Shown here piece after piece: positions 46,115 through 57,176 of a stretch of DNA of 64,000 nt; the stretch's first letter is position 1; each line of letters begins with the position of its first letter. The notes below the pieces were generated by a model that searched no databases, was not told the DNA's origin, and saw only the letters and a program-made list of their open reading frames with translations. The DNA is from Candidatus Latescibacterota bacterium (GTDB lineage: Bacteria > Latescibacterota > UBA2968 > UBA8231). The stretch lies in the NCBI GenBank assembly GCA_965197905.1, contig CBDAOB010000004.1, positions 1,472,001 through 1,536,000 on the forward strand. The letters run 5' to 3'. Position numbers and translations under genes: made by a program.

Positions 46115-49100
46115 ATGTTTGGACAGGTTTTTAACAAGGTTTTCGGTTCGCAGGCGGACCGCACCTTCAAGAAGTTTCTTCCGGCACTGGAAGAGGCTAA
46201 ACACTACGAAGCGGAGCTCGGCAAGCTCGACGAGACCCAGCTGCAACACAAAACCTTCGAGTTCAAGGAGCAGTTGTCCGCGCGGATCGGACCACGCGGT
46301 GCCCGGATTCTGGAGTTGGCGAATGAGCTGAGGGGAGATTTGGATACCGCTGACCGCGAGCCGCTCAACAATCAGTACGACGCGCTCCTGCAGGAGATCC
46401 GCGATCTGGAAGAGACCGTGCTCGACGAACTCATGCCGCAGGCGTTTTCGGTAGTGCGAGAGGCATGCCGACGCCTCATGGGCCGCGAATGGGATGTCAC
46501 GGGCAATATGACCAGCTGGGACATGGTCCCCTACGACGTGCAGATGTTCGGTGGCACGGTACTTCACGAGGGCAAGATCGCGGAAATGGCGACCGGCGAG
46601 GGCAAGACGCTGGTGGCCACCATGCCACTATACCTCAACGCGCTGACCGGGCGCGGCGTCCACCTGATTACACACAACAACTATCTCGCCAAGCGGGATG
46701 CCATGTGGATGGGGCCGCTCTACAACTACCTGGGGCTTTCTGTAGGCATCATCCAGGACGCCCACCAGACCGGAGGGTCCGAGGCGTTTCTGCTGCACCG
46801 ACCGGATGGCGTCCCCACCGAATTCGAGTGGCAGGAAACTACGTGGAAAGAAGCCTACGGCGCGGATGTGGTCTACGCCACCAAGGACCAGATCGGCTTT
46901 CACTACCTCTACGACAACATGGCCTCCCGTCGCGAAGATATCATGCAACGGGAGTTCAACTACGCGATCGTCGACGAAGCGGACAGCAATCTGATCGATG
47001 ACGCGCGCACGCCCTTGATCATATCCGGCCCGGTGCGCGAATCGAGCAATCGGTACGGCGAGCTCAAACCGATGGTTGACAAGCTCATCAGGGCGCAGAA
47101 CTCGCTGGTAAGCAAGATCATCGCCGAGGCGGAAAAGAAGCGGGGTAAGGATGCCGACGGCGATGACTACGACGTCGGCATCGAGCTGCTCAAAGCGGCG
47201 CGCGGGGCACCGAAGAACCGTCGCTTCATGAAGATCCAGCAGGAAGAAGGGGTGAAACGCCTCATCGGCAAGGTCGAGGCGGACTACATGCGCGACAAGC
47301 GGCTCAGCGAGATTGACGAGGCGCTGTATTACGCCGTCGACGAGAAGAGCCACACCATCGACATGACCGACAAGGGGCGCGATCTCCTTTCACCGGACGA
47401 GCAGGCCGTGTTCATCTTGCCCGACATCAGCGCCGAAGTGGATGCCATCCAGAAGGATGAGACGCTCGACTCGGAGCAGAAGTCACTGGCCGAGGAGGAG
47501 GCCTACCGCAACCACGCCAGTAAGAGCGAAGCGGTGCACAACATCAACCAGTTGATGCGCGCCTACACGCTGTTCGAAAAGGATGTCCAGTATATGGTCA
47601 GCGACGACGGCCGCGTCGTCATCGTTGACGAGTCAACAGGCAGGCCGCAACCGGGACGGCGGTTTTCCGATGGGCTGCATCAGGCGTTGGAGGCGAAGGA
47701 AGGCGTAAAGATTCAGCAGGAAACCCAGACCATCGCCACCATTACCCTGCAAAACCTCTTTCGCATGTATCACAAACTGGCAGGGATGACGGGCACCGCC
47801 GAAACCGAGGCCGGCGAATTGTGGCAGATCTACAAGTTAGATGTGGTCGTCGTTCCCACCAACAGACCCATCCGGCGGGTCGATCTGGAGGACCTCATCT
47901 TTCGCACCAAGAGAGAGAAATACAACGCCCTTATCGACGAAATCGCGCGCTTGCATGAAGCGGGGCTGCCCATGCTCGTGGGAACCATATCGGTGGAGGT
48001 CTCCGAGCTGCTTAGCCGTATGTTAACCCGCAGGGGAATCAAACACCAGTTGCTCAACGCGCGGTACCACGAAAAGGAAGCGCAGATCGTAGCCGAGGCG
48101 GGACACCCCGGCACGGTGACTATTGCCACTAATATGGCGGGACGGGGAACCGACATCAAACTGGCCCCATCGGTGATCAAGATTGAACGGGAGCTTCTCA
48201 ATTCCGACATGACGTTGAGCCACCGGCTTCCCGAAGGCGACATATTGAAAGAGCATCTGATCAATGAACCAAGCGGCCTACAGGTGATCGGCACCGAGCG
48301 CCACGAAGCTCGTCGCATCGATCGCCAGCTACGTGGCCGCTCCGGTCGACAGGGTGACCCGGGCTCGTCGCGGTTCTTTCTGTCCCTGGAAGACGATCTT
48401 ATGCGGCTATTCGGCTCAGAGCGTATCGCCTCCGTCATGGATCGGCTCGGCGCCGAAGAAGGTGAAGTGATCGAGCACTCCATGGTCACGAAGTCGATTC
48501 AGCGGGCGCAGAAGAAGGTGGAGGCGAGAAACTTCGAGATCCGCAAGCACCTGCTGGATTACGACGACGTGATGAACCAGCAACGACAGGTGATCTACAA
48601 CCGCCGCCACGATGTTCTGGATCGGGAAACCGCCGCCGAACAGGTGTTGGAGATGATCGGTGAATCGATCGACGCTCTGCTCACCACCTACACCGATGCC
48701 GAGAGCCATCCAAGCGAGTGGAACTGGGACGCCCTGCAATCGGATTTTGGCAACACCTTCTTTATGGGGTTCCCCAACTCCGCGGAAGAGCGCGAAGGCA
48801 TGTCGCCGGACAAGCTGAGGGAGTTGATGCAGACTACCGTGGAGAACTCCTACCGGCGGCGGATCGAGCTGGTCGGTGAGGAGACCTTTCACGAGGTGGA
48901 GAAGGCGATCGTTCTGCACACCATCGACAGCTGCTGGCAGGACCATCTCTACGAGATGGACGAACTGAAGGAAGGGGTCGGATTCGTCGGTGTGGGCGGC
49001 AAGAACCCGTTGATCGAGTACAAGAAAGGCGCCTATGATCTCTTCGAGAATCTGATTGCCCGCATCAACGAAGAAACCTTGCGCCATCTATTTCAGCTGC

Positions 49101-49405
49101 GGGTGGATGTGGATATGCCGAATGTCCTGCCGCGACGGGGTTCGGGGGGTCGATACAGCTCCGTCCACCGCGAGGCCACCAACCTGGGTTTCGACGGCGG
49201 ATCTCCCGAAGGGCGAGCCGCTCCGGCCGTGGAAGGGATCACCGCTGGCTCCCAGGGAAGAGAGGGAATGGTGACGTCAGGAGGAGGCGCCGGAGAAGCC
49301 CCGCCGAAACAACCAAAACGCGTGGCGCCGAAAGTGGGGCGCAATGAACCGTGTCCCTGCGGCAGCGGCAAGAAGTACAAGCGCTGCTGCGGTGCTGGTG
49401 GGTAG
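46115..49405 (+). CDS. secA: Preprotein translocase subunit SecA
   Basis: [44 protein letters not shown] and a C-terminal SEC-C motif; 1096 aa. Confidence 0.97.
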   Translation: MFGQVFNKVFGSQADRTFKKFLPALEEAKHYEAELGKLDETQLQHKTFEFKEQLSARIGPRGARILELANELRGDLDTADREPLNNQYDALLQEIRDLEETVLDELMPQAFSVVREACRRLMGREWDVTGNMTSWDMVPYDVQMFGGTVLHEGKIAEMATGEGKTLVATMPLYLNALTGRGVHLITHNNYLAKRDAMWMGPLYNYLGLSVGIIQDAHQTGGSEAFLLHRPDGVPTEFEWQETTWKEAYGADVVYATKDQIGFHYLYDNMASRREDIMQREFNYAIVDEADSNLIDDARTPLIISGPVRESSNRYGELKPMVDKLIRAQNSLVSKIIAEAEKKRGKDADGDDYDVGIELLKAARGAPKNRRFMKIQQEEGVKRLIGKVEADYMRDKRLSEIDEALYYAVDEKSHTIDMTDKGRDLLSPDEQAVFILPDISAEVDAIQKDETLDSEQKSLAEEEAYRNHASKSEAVHNINQLMRAYTLFEKDVQYMVSDDGRVVIVDESTGRPQPGRRFSDGLHQALEAKEGVKIQQETQTIATITLQNLFRMYHKLAGMTGTAETEAGELWQIYKLDVVVVPTNRPIRRVDLEDLIFRTKREKYNALIDEIARLHEAGLPMLVGTISVEVSELLSRMLTRRGIKHQLLNARYHEKEAQIVAEAGHPGTVTIATNMAGRGTDIKLAPSVIKIERELLNSDMTLSHRLPEGDILKEHLINEPSGLQVIGTERHEARRIDRQLRGRSGRQGDPGSSRFFLSLEDDLMRLFGSERIASVMDRLGAEEGEVIEHSMVTKSIQRAQKKVEARNFEIRKHLLDYDDVMNQQRQVIYNRRHDVLDRETAAEQVLEMIGESIDALLTTYTDAESHPSEWNWDALQSDFGNTFFMGFPNSAEEREGMSPDKLRELMQTTVENSYRRRIELVGEETFHEVEKAIVLHTIDSCWQDHLYEMDELKEGVGFVGVGGKNPLIEYKKGAYDLFENLIARINEETLRHLFQLRVDVDMPNVLPRRGSGGRYSSVHREATNLGFDGGSPEGRAAPAVEGITAGSQGREGMVTSGGGAGEAPPKQPKRVAPKVGRNEPCPCGSGKKYKRCCGAGG

Positions 49406-49432
49406 TCGTATAAACCCCGATTCGAGATAGCT

Positions 49433-50926
49433 ATGGAAATATGGGAAGTCACCTGCCTGGTCTTCTATTGCGGTGTGGTAGCGCTGTTGGCTCTGTACGG
49501 CAGCCATCGCTATCAGATGCTGCATCTCTACTATCGCCACCACCAGAAAACGGTGGCGCCCAGTGGGGCCTTCGAGGACCTGCCACCGGTTACGGTGCAA
49601 CTACCCATCTACAACGAGTCGGAAGTCGTCGAGCGCCTCCTGACCGCGGTCGCCGCCCTCGACTACCCGCGCCATCGCCTGCAGATCCAGGTGCTGGACG
49701 ACTCCGAGGATGAGACCAAGGAGCGGGCTCGAGCAGTTGTCGACCGGCTTTCATCTCAGGGTTTCGATATCGAGTATCTCTCCCGCGAACATCGCCTAGG
49801 CTTCAAGGCCGGGGCCCTGGCCAACGGTCTAAAGCGGGCCAGTGGCGAATTCCTCCTGATCCTGGATGCAGATTTCGTGCCGCCTCCCAAGATCCTCAAA
49901 CAGTGCATCGACTACTTTACCGATCCAGGCATCGGGATGGTACAGATGCGTTGGGGCCACCTCAATCGCACCTATTCCCTGTTGACTCGGATTCAATCGA
50001 TCTTCCTCGACGGCCACCTGATCATCGAACATACGGCGCGAAACCGGTCCGGACGTTTCTTCAATTTCAACGGCACTGCCGGGATATGGAGAAAGCGGGC
50101 CATCGAGGAGGCGGGCGGGTGGCAGCATGACACCCTGACCGAAGATCTGGATTTGAGTTACCGAGCACAGCTTGCAGGTTGGAGGTTCGTCTACCTGCCG
50201 AAGGTCGCTGTGCCCGCAGAGATACCGGTGGAGATGAACGCGTTCAAGCTGCAACAGCACCGCTGGACGAAAGGCGCCGTACAAACCGCCAAGAAGATTC
50301 TCCCGAAGGTTTGGTGCAGCCATTTTCCATTGGCGGTAAAGATAGAAGCGACCTTTCACCTCACCTCCAACATCAGCTACATACTGATGTTCCTGGTGGC
50401 GCTGTTGACCTTGCCCGTGTTGCACATTCGCTCACAGCTGGGTTGGGAGAAGCTGCTCATCGTCGACGTGCCGTTGTTTTCGCTGGCTACGATGGCAGTC
50501 TCGGGGTTCTACATTGCCTCGCAGCGTGCTCTTTACCCCGACTGGAAGCGGCAGATAAAATATCTGCCTATGCTGCTTGCCCTCGGGATGAGCCTGTGCA
50601 TCAACAACACGCGCGCGGTTTTGGAGGGATTGGTCGGGCACAAAAGCAGCTTCAGGCGCACACCCAAATACGGCGTAACGAACCGTCGGGAGCGAGGATC
50701 GGGAAAGTGGCGCTACAGCGCGCAGAAAAACGTGCTGGTCCTCTTCGAGCTTACCATGGCTATCTACTTCGCCGTGATTCTGTATTATGCTCTGAGCGTC
50801 GATCTCTATTTAGGGATTCCTTTCTTCGCCCTGTTTCACCTCGGTTTCCTCTACAGCTCGGTGCTCTCGACAATGCAGTCCCACATTGGTAGCCCTTTCT
50901 GGCCGCGCTGGAACCCGGCGACCTGA
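49433..50926 (+). CDS. Processive GT2 glycosyltransferase (cellulose-synthase-like)
   Basis: QLPIYNE, LDDS, GFKAGAL, DADF, TEDLD and QQHRW (D,D,D,QxxRW) plus TM helices. Confidence 0.9.
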   Translation: MEIWEVTCLVFYCGVVALLALYGSHRYQMLHLYYRHHQKTVAPSGAFEDLPPVTVQLPIYNESEVVERLLTAVAALDYPRHRLQIQVLDDSEDETKERARAVVDRLSSQGFDIEYLSREHRLGFKAGALANGLKRASGEFLLILDADFVPPPKILKQCIDYFTDPGIGMVQMRWGHLNRTYSLLTRIQSIFLDGHLIIEHTARNRSGRFFNFNGTAGIWRKRAIEEAGGWQHDTLTEDLDLSYRAQLAGWRFVYLPKVAVPAEIPVEMNAFKLQQHRWTKGAVQTAKKILPKVWCSHFPLAVKIEATFHLTSNISYILMFLVALLTLPVLHIRSQLGWEKLLIVDVPLFSLATMAVSGFYIASQRALYPDWKRQIKYLPMLLALGMSLCINNTRAVLEGLVGHKSSFRRTPKYGVTNRRERGSGKWRYSAQKNVLVLFELTMAIYFAVILYYALSVDLYLGIPFFALFHLGFLYSSVLSTMQSHIGSPFWPRWNPAT

Positions 50927-50980
50927 CGAATGGGATTCCTGCCGTCCCCAATCGATTTGGGATGCTGATGCGCCATGTGA

Positions 50981-51009
50981 TTGACGGTGTAGTTTACTGG
51001 CAATACCTT
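50981..51009 (+). promoter_or_regulatory. Putative sigma70 promoter for purC
   Basis: TTGACG-N17-TACCTT. Confidence 0.5.
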
Positions 51010-51044
51010 TTTCCCCACCCCCATCCTAACCCATTCTTCGCTCT

Positions 51045-52013
51045 ATGATAACCCAAGATCAAATCCGAGATCAGCTGCAGAATTGCCTCATGGAGGCGCG
51101 GTTCGAACAGTGGTCGCGGTACTACCGCCAGGGCAAGGTGCGGGACATGTACCTGCTGCCGGACAAGCGCATCCTCATCACCACCGATCGACAGAGCGCC
51201 TTCGATCATGTGCTTGGGGCCATTCCGTTGAAAGGCGCGGTGCTGAATCGCATCGCAAAGTACTGGTTCGACAAAACCAGCGACATCGTGCCGAATCAGG
51301 TGTTGGAGGTGCCCGACCCCAACGTAACCGTCGCTCGCGAACTGCAGATGCTGCCGGTGGAAATCGTCGTACGTCGGTATCTGACCGGTAGCACGGATAC
51401 CTCGGTTTGGACCAACTACAATCGCGGCGCGCGCGATTTCTGCGGTGTGAAATTGCCCGAGGGCATGGTCAAGAATCAGCGATTCGACGCTGCCATCATA
51501 ACCCCGACCACCAAAGCCGAAGATCACGACGAGTCGATCTCGCCACAACAGATCGTCGAGCGCGGGTTAGTCGCGCGGGACCGGTGGGAGGAGATCGAAC
51601 AGGTTGCTCTTGCCCTGTTTGCCCGGGGCACGGAGATGGCGGCAGACCAGGGTTTGATTTTGGTGGACACCAAATACGAAATGGGGTTGGACAGTAGCGG
51701 CCATTTGACCATCGCCGACGAAATCCATACACCCGACTCCTCGCGTTTCTGGATTGCGGCTACCTATGAGGAGCGGCACGCAAACGGCGAAGAGCCGGAA
51801 AGCCTTGACAAGGAGTTTCTGCGACTGTGGCTTCGCGACCGCAACTTTTCCGACGACAACATTCCCGAACTGGATGACGACATCCGGGTGCAGGTGGCCG
51901 AGCGTTACATCGACCTCTATCAGCGAGTTACGGGCGAACCTTTCGACGCCGCTCTAGATACGGGACCGATCGCGGAGCGGATCGAACGGAACATTGATCA
52001 ATACATTAGCTGA
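51045..52013 (+). CDS. purC: SAICAR synthase
   Basis: GKVRD.Y, TDRQSAFD, TPTTK, DTKYE.G, DEIHTPDSSRFW and DKEFLR motifs. Confidence 0.96.
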   Translation: MITQDQIRDQLQNCLMEARFEQWSRYYRQGKVRDMYLLPDKRILITTDRQSAFDHVLGAIPLKGAVLNRIAKYWFDKTSDIVPNQVLEVPDPNVTVARELQMLPVEIVVRRYLTGSTDTSVWTNYNRGARDFCGVKLPEGMVKNQRFDAAIITPTTKAEDHDESISPQQIVERGLVARDRWEEIEQVALALFARGTEMAADQGLILVDTKYEMGLDSSGHLTIADEIHTPDSSRFWIAATYEERHANGEEPESLDKEFLRLWLRDRNFSDDNIPELDDDIRVQVAERYIDLYQRVTGEPFDAALDTGPIAERIERNIDQYIS

Positions 52014-52028
52014 ACTTCGCTGGCCCTG

Positions 52029-52208
52029 ATGATCAAGAACCTCGTCCGCGCCTTCCTGGTACTCCGACTCGAATCCCGCCTCCTCTCCGTCGACCTCAGC
52101 CAGGTGATGATGGCCTGGCGCAGCCGCCCGGTCATTGAAGTGATGTTCGACCGCCTCGTTCGCAAATCCTGCCTCGTTCGCAAACTGGACGAAGTGTATC
52201 CGTTCTGA
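52029..52208 (+). CDS. Small hypothetical protein (59 aa)
   Basis: Below the ORF-track cutoff. MIKNLVRAFLVLRLESRLL...RLVRKSCLVRKLDEVYPF*; GC-rich third positions; fills the gap between purC and the next ORF. Confidence 0.5.
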   Translation: MIKNLVRAFLVLRLESRLLSVDLSQVMMAWRSRPVIEVMFDRLVRKSCLVRKLDEVYPF

Positions 52209-52221
52209 GCCTTGCCTTCCA

Positions 52222-52500
52222 ATGCTGCACCGACAACTGCGAACCGCACTCGAAGAGATCTTTGGCGACGAATATGTATCCAATGCTCTGACTCAACCCG
52301 AGATGGCCCAGTTGGTCCTCTACGAACGTCCCACGGACTTCAAGGAGACCATTCTCGGTTTTCAGCGGTTGAACTACCGCGAAGAGCAACAGACCTACGC
52401 CGAGCGTCTGGAGTCAACACTGGGCGTAGCCCTCATCTGTTCCCTGCTCGACGAATCCACCCGCGAGCTCGTAGCCGAACTCGGACTGAACTACATCTAG
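52222..52500 (+). CDS. Hypothetical protein (92 aa, acidic, helical)
   Basis: Host-like codon usage and protein-like composition; co-oriented with its neighbours. Confidence 0.7.
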   Translation: MLHRQLRTALEEIFGDEYVSNALTQPEMAQLVLYERPTDFKETILGFQRLNYREEQQTYAERLESTLGVALICSLLDESTRELVAELGLNYI

Positions 52501-52712
52501 CCGGCCGCTAACCCGCCGCGCGGAACTGATTGCAGCGGTGGTTCGTTCTATCAAGAGGACCGTCTGGGCGGTGCGCCGGCGAACGTGGCGATTCGATCGA
52601 ATTGCACTTGATTCGGCGTACAACTCGTGTGGCGGCCCCTACCGATTTTCGTTATCTTGAGTGACTTCGTCGTCGCCTAGGTATCTCACATTCCCGGATT
52701 ATCGTTGTAATT

Positions 52713-53540
52713 GTGCGCTACAACCTCGCAGATCTCCACATCCATTCATTCTGTTCCGACGGCGTTCGCACACCGCGTCAGGCGGTTGAAGAGGCGGATG
52801 CCGCAGGGCTCCAGGCTCTGAGTCTGACTGACCACGACACCGTGGCCGGCATCGACGAAGCCAGGCGCGCCGCGGACGAGCTAAAGATAGAGGTGATACC
52901 TGGCACGGAGCTGAGTGCTCACATCGGCGAGCGTGAGGTTCACATCCTCGCCTACTGTTTCGAGTGGAAAGACCCGCGACTGCTGGAACACGTCGGAGAT
53001 CTGCACCAGAAAAGATATGAGCGCGGTGTCGCCATTGTGGAGCGTCTCAACCATTTGGGTATCGAGATGAAGCTGGATGAGGTGTTGGACACCGCCGATG
53101 GCTCTCCACTGGGGCGTCCGCACATCGCCGCGACCATGGTCGACAATGGGGTCGTGACCAGCAAGGAAGAAGCGTTTGATCGTTTTCTGGGGGACCGCAG
53201 TCCGGCCTTCGTGCCAAAACCACACATCTCCGCCCAAGGTGTCATCGATCTGGTTCACAATGTGGGTGGCGTCGCCTTTCTCGCCCACCCCGGTTTGAGT
53301 CTTCAAGAGGCCACCATCGTCGAACTGGTGGAGAGCGGGTTGGACGGAATCGAGGTGTTTCATCCCGGGCACCAACCACCGCAGATCGACTACTACACCC
53401 AGCTCGTGCAGGATCACAACCTGCTGCAGACCGGCGGCTCGGACAGCCACGGAGAAGCTACGGGCACAAAAATCGGCGACTACGGTATCGGGTATGAAGC
53501 CGTAGAGGCCATGCGTCAACGGGCGGCGACCTTCAGTTGA
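52713..53540 (+). CDS. PHP-domain phosphoesterase (YciV/TrpH-like)
   Basis: DLHIHS..SDG, TDHD, G.ELS, GRPH, AHP and GGSDSHG motifs. Confidence 0.92.
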   Translation: MRYNLADLHIHSFCSDGVRTPRQAVEEADAAGLQALSLTDHDTVAGIDEARRAADELKIEVIPGTELSAHIGEREVHILAYCFEWKDPRLLEHVGDLHQKRYERGVAIVERLNHLGIEMKLDEVLDTADGSPLGRPHIAATMVDNGVVTSKEEAFDRFLGDRSPAFVPKPHISAQGVIDLVHNVGGVAFLAHPGLSLQEATIVELVESGLDGIEVFHPGHQPPQIDYYTQLVQDHNLLQTGGSDSHGEATGTKIGDYGIGYEAVEAMRQRAATFS

Positions 53541-53585
53541 CCGCCCACACTTCCCCTTTTCTACCCTTCTTCTACATCTGATTTG

Positions 53586-55247
53586 ATGAAGGTTCTCCTG
53601 GGGTCGCTGCGGTGTTGGTTGGCCGTCGCAATCCTTCTGCCGGCCGCGTCAGGGGCTGCCGTTCCGTTGCGCTTCCATCAGCAGGATCCGGGACCGTTGA
53701 GCGGCCTCATCGGCGCGGACATCGGTGACGTGAGATGGAGCGGCCGTTACCTGTGGGTCGGAACGGAGAGCGGACTTGCACGGCTGGAGCTGGATCGAGC
53801 CAGCGGGTTGGACGGGGGCGACTGGATAACGTTTACCGAGGCGAACGGTCTCGGGCGCGGCGCCATAAGCGCCCTGGCAGCGTCTGGGGACACCGTCTGG
53901 GTAGCAACCATCGTCGACACTGCCATCACCGGCTTGGGCGAGCATCAGATGGGAACCGGACTCAGCTACTCTTTCGACGCCGGCGCATCGTGGAGACACA
54001 TTTCGAATGAAGAGCTGTTCCAACTGCCCGGTTTTAACCGGGAACCTCCTATCGACAACGGTTGTTTTGGCCTCGATTTCGTAGGCGACATTGTGTGGGC
54101 TGCATTCTTTTCGGGCTCCCTAGTGCGTTCGCCCGATGGGGGTCAAACCTGGGAGCGGGTCCTCCCTGGAGGCTCTGCGGAAATCTATTACTTCGAGGAC
54201 GAAACCGGGGCGGATGTGGTCGAGGCTCGCGCTGACAGCTTGCAGCGAGCTGGCGCCTCAGCCGAGGTAGTCGAACGAGTTCGGGTGGATGCGGACAGCC
54301 TGCGCAGTCTCCATCTCTTGCACCGCACGTTTGAAGTCCTCGCATATGGCGATACCGTGTGGGTCGGCACCTCTGGTGGCATCGCGCGCAGTTTCGACGG
54401 GGGCGAGACGTGGCGCAACCACAAGGTCCGTTTCGACCGCGACGGGGCGCTTCTTCCCGGCAACATCGGCGGCAACTGGGTAGTTGCTCTGGAGCGCGAA
54501 ATCGCCTCCGACGGTAGATCTATTTTATGGGCAGGTACCCGCGTCACCGACACACCCGCGTCGGGACAGCGCAACTCCATCAGCTTCAGCATTGACAACG
54601 GAGAGAACTGGCAATCGGGTGGGCCCACCTATGCCTGGGGATTCGCCTTTACCGAGAATGGCGTTTGGGCCGGAACCGAGCGCGGCCTGCTGGCCAGCTT
54701 CGACAACGGGGAATCCTGGGACGAGGTTGAAGTAGAAGATGCCACCACGCGGGAACGACTGCGCGGAACCTTCGTCGGCATGGCTGGGATAGAAGAGATT
54801 CTGTGGGTCGGTTCCGAGGTCGGGCTAGGTCGCACCACCGACGAAGGCATTACCTGGCGCATCGTCACATCTCCCATCAAGACGCTGACGATCGACACCG
54901 GACAGTTCACCGGTAACGCCAACGTGCTCGACACCCTGTATACCCTGTCGGGACGAGTGCGGTCGTATGCGGCGCCCAATCCGTTCGCCCCGACCCAGGG
55001 CGAGCTCTCCCGAATCAACTACAGTATAGAAGCTGCGGCGCAGGTTAGTATAGAACTCTATGACTTCGCCAGCCGCCGAGTGCGCACGTTGTTGAGCAAG
55101 GAATCCCGCAGTGGGCAAACCAACCATGGCGAAAACTGGGATGGGCGCGACGACGACGGCCGGATCGTCGCCAATGGCGTTTATTTTTACCGTATCGGAC
55201 TCGAAAACGGAAAAGCATCCTTCGGCAAGGTGGTTGTACTAGATTGA
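53586..55247 (+). CDS. Secreted Asp-box (BNR) beta-propeller protein with a C-terminal FlgD-Ig/T9SS-like sorting domain
   Basis: Signal peptide; six S/TxDxGxxW boxes; C-terminal PNPF...I.LYD...R.VRTL...WDGRD..G..VANGVYFYRI...KVVVLD. Confidence 0.82.
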   Translation: MKVLLGSLRCWLAVAILLPAASGAAVPLRFHQQDPGPLSGLIGADIGDVRWSGRYLWVGTESGLARLELDRASGLDGGDWITFTEANGLGRGAISALAASGDTVWVATIVDTAITGLGEHQMGTGLSYSFDAGASWRHISNEELFQLPGFNREPPIDNGCFGLDFVGDIVWAAFFSGSLVRSPDGGQTWERVLPGGSAEIYYFEDETGADVVEARADSLQRAGASAEVVERVRVDADSLRSLHLLHRTFEVLAYGDTVWVGTSGGIARSFDGGETWRNHKVRFDRDGALLPGNIGGNWVVALEREIASDGRSILWAGTRVTDTPASGQRNSISFSIDNGENWQSGGPTYAWGFAFTENGVWAGTERGLLASFDNGESWDEVEVEDATTRERLRGTFVGMAGIEEILWVGSEVGLGRTTDEGITWRIVTSPIKTLTIDTGQFTGNANVLDTLYTLSGRVRSYAAPNPFAPTQGELSRINYSIEAAAQVSIELYDFASRRVRTLLSKESRSGQTNHGENWDGRDDDGRIVANGVYFYRIGLENGKASFGKVVVLD

Positions 55248-56206
55248 TTTCATCCGGGAGGGTGTGGAGTTGGCGCGGTTGGTTGTTGGCCGCTCTGGCA
55301 GTTGGAAGCCTGCCAGGCAAGGGCATCGCGGCGGACTACGCCGCGGCGTTTATAGAGGTTGGGGTCGGCGCGCGCGGGGTGGGCATGGGCAACGCATTCG
55401 TGGCCGCCGTCGACGATGCCACCGCATCCTACTGGAACCCGGCTGGGTTATTGCGGTCCAAGGGAAAAGGAATGATGACCTCGGTCCAGCCCATGTCGCT
55501 GGATCGGCGGCACAGCAGCTTCTCTGCCCGGCTCAACCTCAGGGGCGAGTTCGCCTTCGGATTCAGCTGGGTGCACGCCCGTGTCGGCGACGTTGTGGCT
55601 CGCTCTTCAAGCGGGATCCCGACCGGTGACATCAACAACTCCCAGAACGCATACCATGTCGCCGTGGCGCGCCAGTTGCATCCGCGGTTGGCGGCGGGGG
55701 GCATCCTGAAGGTGCTCGAACACGAGATTGCGGTGCCGGGGCGGGGCGGCTCCAGCGGCCGCGGCTACGGATTTGATTTCGGGGTCCAGTTCCACGCGTT
55801 CGAAAACACCTTTGTCGGGGTGACGGCGAGAAACGTTAATTCCGAACTGAGTTGGAAGGTGAAACGAAGCAGCCAACAGAGCACCACCACAGACGACCCC
55901 CTGCCCCGCGTCGTGACGGCTGGACTCGCCCACCAACCGGTGGAGCGGGTGGTGGTCGCCGTCGACGTGCACATGGGCAATGAAAGCTATCTGAACTTGG
56001 GCGCCGAGTGGGAACTCAGCCCGGTACTCACCGTACGGGGCGGCTTGAGCCGCCTTCCCGGCGACGACACCGCCGTCGGCTCGACAGCGGCTGGCTTGAC
56101 CCTCCGACCCATGCGCACGGAATCGGTGCAATTCCACTACAGCTACACCACCGACGAGTTGGACGCCGGGGGCCGCACAGTAGCCGGCGTAGCTATAACA
56201 TTCTAG
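55244..56206 (+). CDS. PorV/PorQ-family outer-membrane barrel
   Basis: GVGAR..GMG.AFVA..DDA.A.YWNPAGL N-terminal motif, G.G.D.G strand, terminal F. Confidence 0.82.
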   Translation: MISSGRVWSWRGWLLAALAVGSLPGKGIAADYAAAFIEVGVGARGVGMGNAFVAAVDDATASYWNPAGLLRSKGKGMMTSVQPMSLDRRHSSFSARLNLRGEFAFGFSWVHARVGDVVARSSSGIPTGDINNSQNAYHVAVARQLHPRLAAGGILKVLEHEIAVPGRGGSSGRGYGFDFGVQFHAFENTFVGVTARNVNSELSWKVKRSSQQSTTTDDPLPRVVTAGLAHQPVERVVVAVDVHMGNESYLNLGAEWELSPVLTVRGGLSRLPGDDTAVGSTAAGLTLRPMRTESVQFHYSYTTDELDAGGRTVAGVAITF

Positions 56207-56209
56207 AAG

Positions 56210-57157
56210 GTGCGGTTGAAGCCAAGAACCGGAGGCCGCCGATTGCTATCGCGGACAGCCACACACACAGTGGGGCGACGCTGGGGCCGGCGATGTTTGA
56301 TCGCCGCTGTGCTGGTTTGCTGCTGGACCGTGATGGCAGACGCCGCTGGCTTGCCGTTCTTGCGGCTCAGCTCCGGCGCCCGCGCCAGCGCATTGGGAGA
56401 AGCCGTAACCGCACTTACCGACCTCGAGGCGATGACCTACAATCCGGCCGCGTTGACCGCTTCGGCATCCCGTGGTGTCAGCATTGGCCACAGCGAATGG
56501 ATCCAGGACATTCGCCACGAATATCTCGCTCTTGTTGCGCCAAGGGGACCGGGAACCATTGCGTTAGCCGGCGCATTTTCTCAGGCCGACGGGCTGGAAC
56601 GTCGAACCGGCCCATCCGCTCTTCCGTTGGGAGATTTTGGGGTATACGACAGTGTGGTCGGGGTCGGATATGCCCGCGACTGGCGTCCTAAGCTGCGCCT
56701 GGGAGTGGGTGTCAAGATGGTGAGGCAGACCATATTCACGAAAACGGCCAGTGGGGCGGCCGTTGACTTGGGTGCTCTCTATCGGGTCAAACCCGAGCTT
56801 CAGATCGCCGCAGCGGTGCGCAACATGGGCGCCATGGGCAAGCTGGTTTCGGAGTCGACCGATTTACCCGTCGAAGCCAGGGTCGGGGCCGTCTATCGAG
56901 GACCCGGACAGCTGTTGGTGGTGTTGGATCTGCAGCGGGTGCGCGACACCGGGACCTCGCTCCATGTGGGAACGGAGTACGCCATACAAAGTCGGCTCGC
57001 CCTGAGGGCGGGCTACCAGACGACGGACAGTCGGGATCTGTCCCTTGGGCTGGGAGTCAACTGCGGTTCGTGGGCATTCGACTACGCCTTCGTCCCGTTT
57101 CCGTCCGGCCTTGGGGATGCACACAGGGTCGGGGTCAGGTTCCGCGGCTCTCGGTGA
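56210..57157 (+). CDS. PorV/PorQ-family outer-membrane barrel (second paralog)
   Basis: FLRL..GARA.ALGEA.......A..YNPA.L, A.DLG..Y, LRAGY and FDYA......LG..HR motifs. Start uncertain. Confidence 0.82.
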   Translation: MRLKPRTGGRRLLSRTATHTVGRRWGRRCLIAAVLVCCWTVMADAAGLPFLRLSSGARASALGEAVTALTDLEAMTYNPAALTASASRGVSIGHSEWIQDIRHEYLALVAPRGPGTIALAGAFSQADGLERRTGPSALPLGDFGVYDSVVGVGYARDWRPKLRLGVGVKMVRQTIFTKTASGAAVDLGALYRVKPELQIAAAVRNMGAMGKLVSESTDLPVEARVGAVYRGPGQLLVVLDLQRVRDTGTSLHVGTEYAIQSRLALRAGYQTTDSRDLSLGLGVNCGSWAFDYAFVPFPSGLGDAHRVGVRFRGSR

Positions 57158-57176
57158 ACCTGGAACAGGTGCCGGC

